A DNA stretch of 60,117 nt, filler included. It is 2 parts of 2 records of this genome, joined end to end, with 100 filler letters (N's around TTAATTAATTAA, not from the genome) between each part and the next. Parts side by side here need not be neighbours in the genome. Positions count along the whole stretch, not along the records: positions 29,099 to 60,117 come from DRR723986_13288; 1 more part is not named here. One strand, written 5' to 3'. Shown here in pieces: positions 57,382 through 60,117 of the stretch. The translations under genes were made by a program, and so were the position numbers. Each line of letters starts with the position of its first letter. Within the stretch, counting starts at the first letter, position 1. Below the pieces are notes generated by a model. The model was given only the letters and a program-made list of their open reading frames with translations. It was not told the DNA's origin and did not search any database.

Positions 57382-58088
57382 TGCCGCAGAATATCCACTA
57401 CATTGTGTTTGCGCGATATCCGGCGCTCAATAAAGTCAAAACGCGCCTGGCTCGTGAGTTGGGCGCGCAGCAGGCCCTGGAGCTGTACACTGGCATGATG
57501 CTCGATATTGTTGAGCGTCTGCTGGCGCGGACCACGGTGACCGTCTATGTCTATCCGGCGGCGGACCTGCCAAACTTTGAGCGTTTGATCCTCGCTGAAC
57601 TCGGCGCACATTCCAGGCTCACATTCAGGCAGCAAAAAGGCGAAAACCTTGGTGATCAGATGTTAAACGCATTCCGCGAGCAGGAAGAACAGAAGCAGCT
57701 GCCCGCAATTATTATCGGCACCGACTCCCCCAGCCTGCCCGACGAATACCTGCAAATGGCCGAAGACGAGTTAGCCAACAAACAAGCCGTAATCGGCGCG
57801 TGCGAAGACGGTGGATTTTATCTGCTGGGCCTGCATGCCGCGCATTCGTCGGCCTTTTTTGGCGAGGACTACAGCCACAATCAGGTCTACCAAAACACCT
57901 TGGACGCGCTGCAAAGTTGCTGTGCCGATTTGACGGAGACGCCGCTCTGGTTTGATATTGACTATCTAGCCGATCTGGAGCGGCTGCATGCCGAGCTCAA
58001 TGCGGCCGATAGTGGCGCCTACACGCCGCGGCGGACACATTCGTTGTTGAATGAACTTTTCAAACCGTCAAATTCGACTGGAGCCTGA
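57381..58088 (+). CDS. DUF2064/TIGR04282-family glycosyltransferase-like protein
   Basis: FARYP..VKTRLA, QKGENLG, IIGTDSP, DGGFYLLG, WFDID. Confidence 0.88.
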   Translation: MPQNIHYIVFARYPALNKVKTRLARELGAQQALELYTGMMLDIVERLLARTTVTVYVYPAADLPNFERLILAELGAHSRLTFRQQKGENLGDQMLNAFREQEEQKQLPAIIIGTDSPSLPDEYLQMAEDELANKQAVIGACEDGGFYLLGLHAAHSSAFFGEDYSHNQVYQNTLDALQSCCADLTETPLWFDIDYLADLERLHAELNAADSGAYTPRRTHSLLNELFKPSNSTGA

Positions 58089-58089
58089 G

Positions 58090-58551
58090 ATGGAAGATCG
58101 CGATCAAAATGAGGTCGATGAGCGCAACCGCAGCGGTTCCGGCGTTGGAACTGAGGCGGCCAAGAAATCTGGAATCCGCAATGCCTCGCTGATTTGCCTG
58201 GTTGTCGGATTGGCCATGCTGCCGTTTGCGCGCATGTTCCCGATGATGGTGCTTTCGACCGGACTGATGGCCTGCGGAATCGGCGGTTTGCTCTTTGGTC
58301 CCAAACTGCTGCCTAACAGTCGCGCAGACATCCTTAAACGCGAAAATCACGTGCTGGCAATTGCCGCCAAACACCAGGGCATTTTGACGCCGACGCGCCT
58401 GGCACTTGAGGCACGCATGACAATTGATGAAGCGCGCCGCGAGCTCAACAAACTTGTTAAGGCCGGTGCCTGCCACACCTTGCTGCAAGATGATGACGGC
58501 CGTGTGGAGTATCACTTTCCGGATTTTAAGGAAAGGCCGAGGCTGGATTAG
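58090..58551 (+). CDS. hypothetical membrane protein with C-terminal winged-helix-like domain
   Basis: Two TMs then GILTPTRLALEARMTIDEARRELNKL..GRVEYHF; ATG 58090 follows the upstream stop. Confidence 0.75.
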   Translation: MEDRDQNEVDERNRSGSGVGTEAAKKSGIRNASLICLVVGLAMLPFARMFPMMVLSTGLMACGIGGLLFGPKLLPNSRADILKRENHVLAIAAKHQGILTPTRLALEARMTIDEARRELNKLVKAGACHTLLQDDDGRVEYHFPDFKERPRLD

Positions 58552-58973
58552 TGATGGCAGATGATGACAATTTTGCAGATAGCATCGGAATCCTGGTAAC
58601 CGACCAAACATTCGGTATCTGTCTTGCTAAACTTCTGCCTGATGATTCGATTGAATTCAGTAGAGAAATATTGTTTAGCACCGAAAATCCGGACATCGAT
58701 TCATTTGGCCTGCTCACTGATTGGTTGAAACAACACTTACGACGAGACAATTCAATAGTAGCGGTACATGGAGAGTCAGTTCTGATGGACCAAGTTTGTC
58801 AGACCGTGCACGAACTGGGATATCGCGTAGAACGAATCACAGAAAGCCGGCTCGAAGCATGCCTCGCACAATATCAGTACGAAGATCCTGACGAGCCAGA
58901 TTTGTTTGGAATTATATGCACAGCACGACTGGGTATTTATCAGTTACAAGATGAACGCCGCCTTTCCAGATAA
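58551..58973 (+). CDS. IS110 DEDD (RuvC-like) domain-like protein, catalytic residues apparently lost
   Basis: SIGILVTDQTFGICL, FGLLTDWLKQH, VHELGYRVERI, DLFGIICTARLG follow the IS110 N-domain pattern; start overlaps the upstream stop. Confidence 0.55.
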   Translation: MMADDDNFADSIGILVTDQTFGICLAKLLPDDSIEFSREILFSTENPDIDSFGLLTDWLKQHLRRDNSIVAVHGESVLMDQVCQTVHELGYRVERITESRLEACLAQYQYEDPDEPDLFGIICTARLGIYQLQDERRLSR

Positions 58974-59227
58974 ATTGCTTTGAGCTAAGCTCTCTTTAGA
59001 GTCCACCTTAGACACCTAGCTCTAAACTGCATCACAGTAACAGCTTAACCTTAAATCCCACAGTGCAAATTGACCACGAAACTTTTGAGAAAACTCTCAA
59101 AACACTGAAGGCATTGAGTCGTCAGTCTGGTCGCTGAATGGCTTGTGAATTCGGGCTCACAGGCCGTCATTTGACTTCTCCATTTCCGGGTCTGAACCTT
59201 GTCAGAACGTTCCACTTTAGGTGATTT

Positions 59228-59872
59228 ATGCAGAGCAACCCACAACAGATTGACAGCAGCATTGGTGTGATTGATGAAGACGGCTCTTACATTGTGTGCC
59301 TGACCTTGCGCAGCCAGACCGAAGAGGAAGACTGGAGCAATGAGATGAAGTTTGAGAACGACGATGCCTCGCGCGAGGAGCTGCTGAGCTGGGTTGCCAA
59401 CTTCACGCCTGATAAATCGCGCAGTCTGTTTGTGATTGCAGAAGGTGACTTCTTCCTGGACAAACTCAGCTGGTTTCTGACGGATCACAACTATCCGGTG
59501 GCGCGCCTGAGCGCGGCCGAAGTGGCGGAAATTGAGCGTGCGAACGTTGAGGAGCCGGAGCAGCATCTGGTTCAGGCGCTTGCCGGACTTGGTATGCAGC
59601 GTGAGTTTCCCATGTTTTCTGCCCCGGAACAGTCTCTGCGCAGAGCCATCAGCTTCAAGAAACAAGCCGCTGAATCCCGGCGCGACACCGAGGCGCAAAT
59701 CGAGCGTGTGCGCGGCTTTGATGTCAAGGAAGAACACATGCGTGACATCCAGCAATTGGAGGCGCAGCTGCTCAACAGTTACTCCACACTCTACAAATCG
59801 CTGCGCTCGCAGTATCAGGATGCGCTGCAGGAATTGGCGCCGGAGCAGCGTGAAGTGGTTGAACAAGCCTGA
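59228..59872 (+). CDS. IS110 DEDD-domain + coiled-coil-like protein, catalytic residues and C-terminal domain absent
   Basis: SIGVI..YIVCL, KFEND..EELLSWV, LFVI, KLSWFLTDHNYPVARL, APEQSLRR, IQQLEAQL; AGGTG upstream of ATG. Confidence 0.6.
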   Translation: MQSNPQQIDSSIGVIDEDGSYIVCLTLRSQTEEEDWSNEMKFENDDASREELLSWVANFTPDKSRSLFVIAEGDFFLDKLSWFLTDHNYPVARLSAAEVAEIERANVEEPEQHLVQALAGLGMQREFPMFSAPEQSLRRAISFKKQAAESRRDTEAQIERVRGFDVKEEHMRDIQQLEAQLLNSYSTLYKSLRSQYQDALQELAPEQREVVEQA

Positions 59873-60096
59873 AAAAAGATCGCAGTAAGCTGTTAATTTT
59901 CAATGACTTAACGCCCCTGAACTCAGCTGTTTTTGGAGTTGAATGCAGGTGCGTTTTGTGCTGCGTTTTCGGGGTGAAATTTTTAAGAATAAGGAGTTCC
60001 TAGGCAAAAAGAGTGTTGCGGTGACTGCTTGTGGTTGAGTGGGCGCTGTGGTGGCTTGAGCGGGAAAAGTTAAGAGACTTAAGTTTTTAGACACCC

Positions 60097-60117
60097 GGGT
60101 CGAGCCCTAAGGGCTCG
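60097..60117. repeat. REP-like palindrome at the contig B end (truncated)
   Basis: GGGTCGAGCCCT-A-AGGGCTCG; its reverse complement matches 29107-29121 exactly over 15 nt. Confidence 0.7.

Noticed and set aside
40714-57433. Numerous overlapping alternative-frame ORFs in contig B
   Set aside because: Expected shadows of real genes at higher GC; no motifs or independent start signals
57381-58088. Arsenosugar biosynthesis cluster
   Set aside because: Only the DUF2064-type gene is present; no arsM, arsS or partner glycosyltransferase nearby
59051-59866. 271-aa minus-strand ORF
   Set aside because: Antisense shadow of the 59228..59872 gene; no recognisable motifs
58551-59872. Active IS110 insertion sequence
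   Set aside because: Catalytic DEDD residues appear substituted and the C-terminal serine domain is missing; reported as a derived system instead

Overview
The window is two unrelated contigs joined by an artificial 100-nt spacer (N44-TTAATTAATTAA-N44, 28999-29098). Contig A (1-28998) is AT-rich and looks like a Flavobacteriales-type Bacteroidota chromosome, with TAnnTTTG promoters and T9SS cargo proteins. It carries two ECF sigma factors, M23 and S8 peptidases, kynA, glycosyltransferases, a YgiQ radical SAM protein, purN and an iodotyrosine-deiodinase-like flavoprotein. Contig B (29099-60117) is clearly more GC-rich and probably a Kapabacteria/Ignavibacteria-like relative (inference). It carries TetR-fabF, tRNA-Thr(CGT), an M32 peptidase, an acyl-CoA ligase, murQ, DUF4175/DUF4159 genes, rsmG, a large S8 lipoprotein, 2-oxoacid dehydrogenase E1 alpha/beta and holB-ricT. 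The best novelty candidates are four. (1) Two tandem, acidic, apparently catalytically dead homologues of the IS110 (bridge recombinase) RuvC-like DEDD domain, appended to the holB-ricT operon and separated by a hairpin-rich 254-nt spacer. (2) An ECF sigma/anti-sigma locus where the same promoter-like motif (AATCCAAA-N13-CGTA) occurs inside the sigma gene and again in front of a structured, terminated ~170-nt candidate sRNA. (3) A secreted protein made of two tandem GldK-like modules, one with a Cys/His-rich insert. (4) Several structured intergenic or REP-like elements. All family calls are by-eye motif recognition; no database searches were run.
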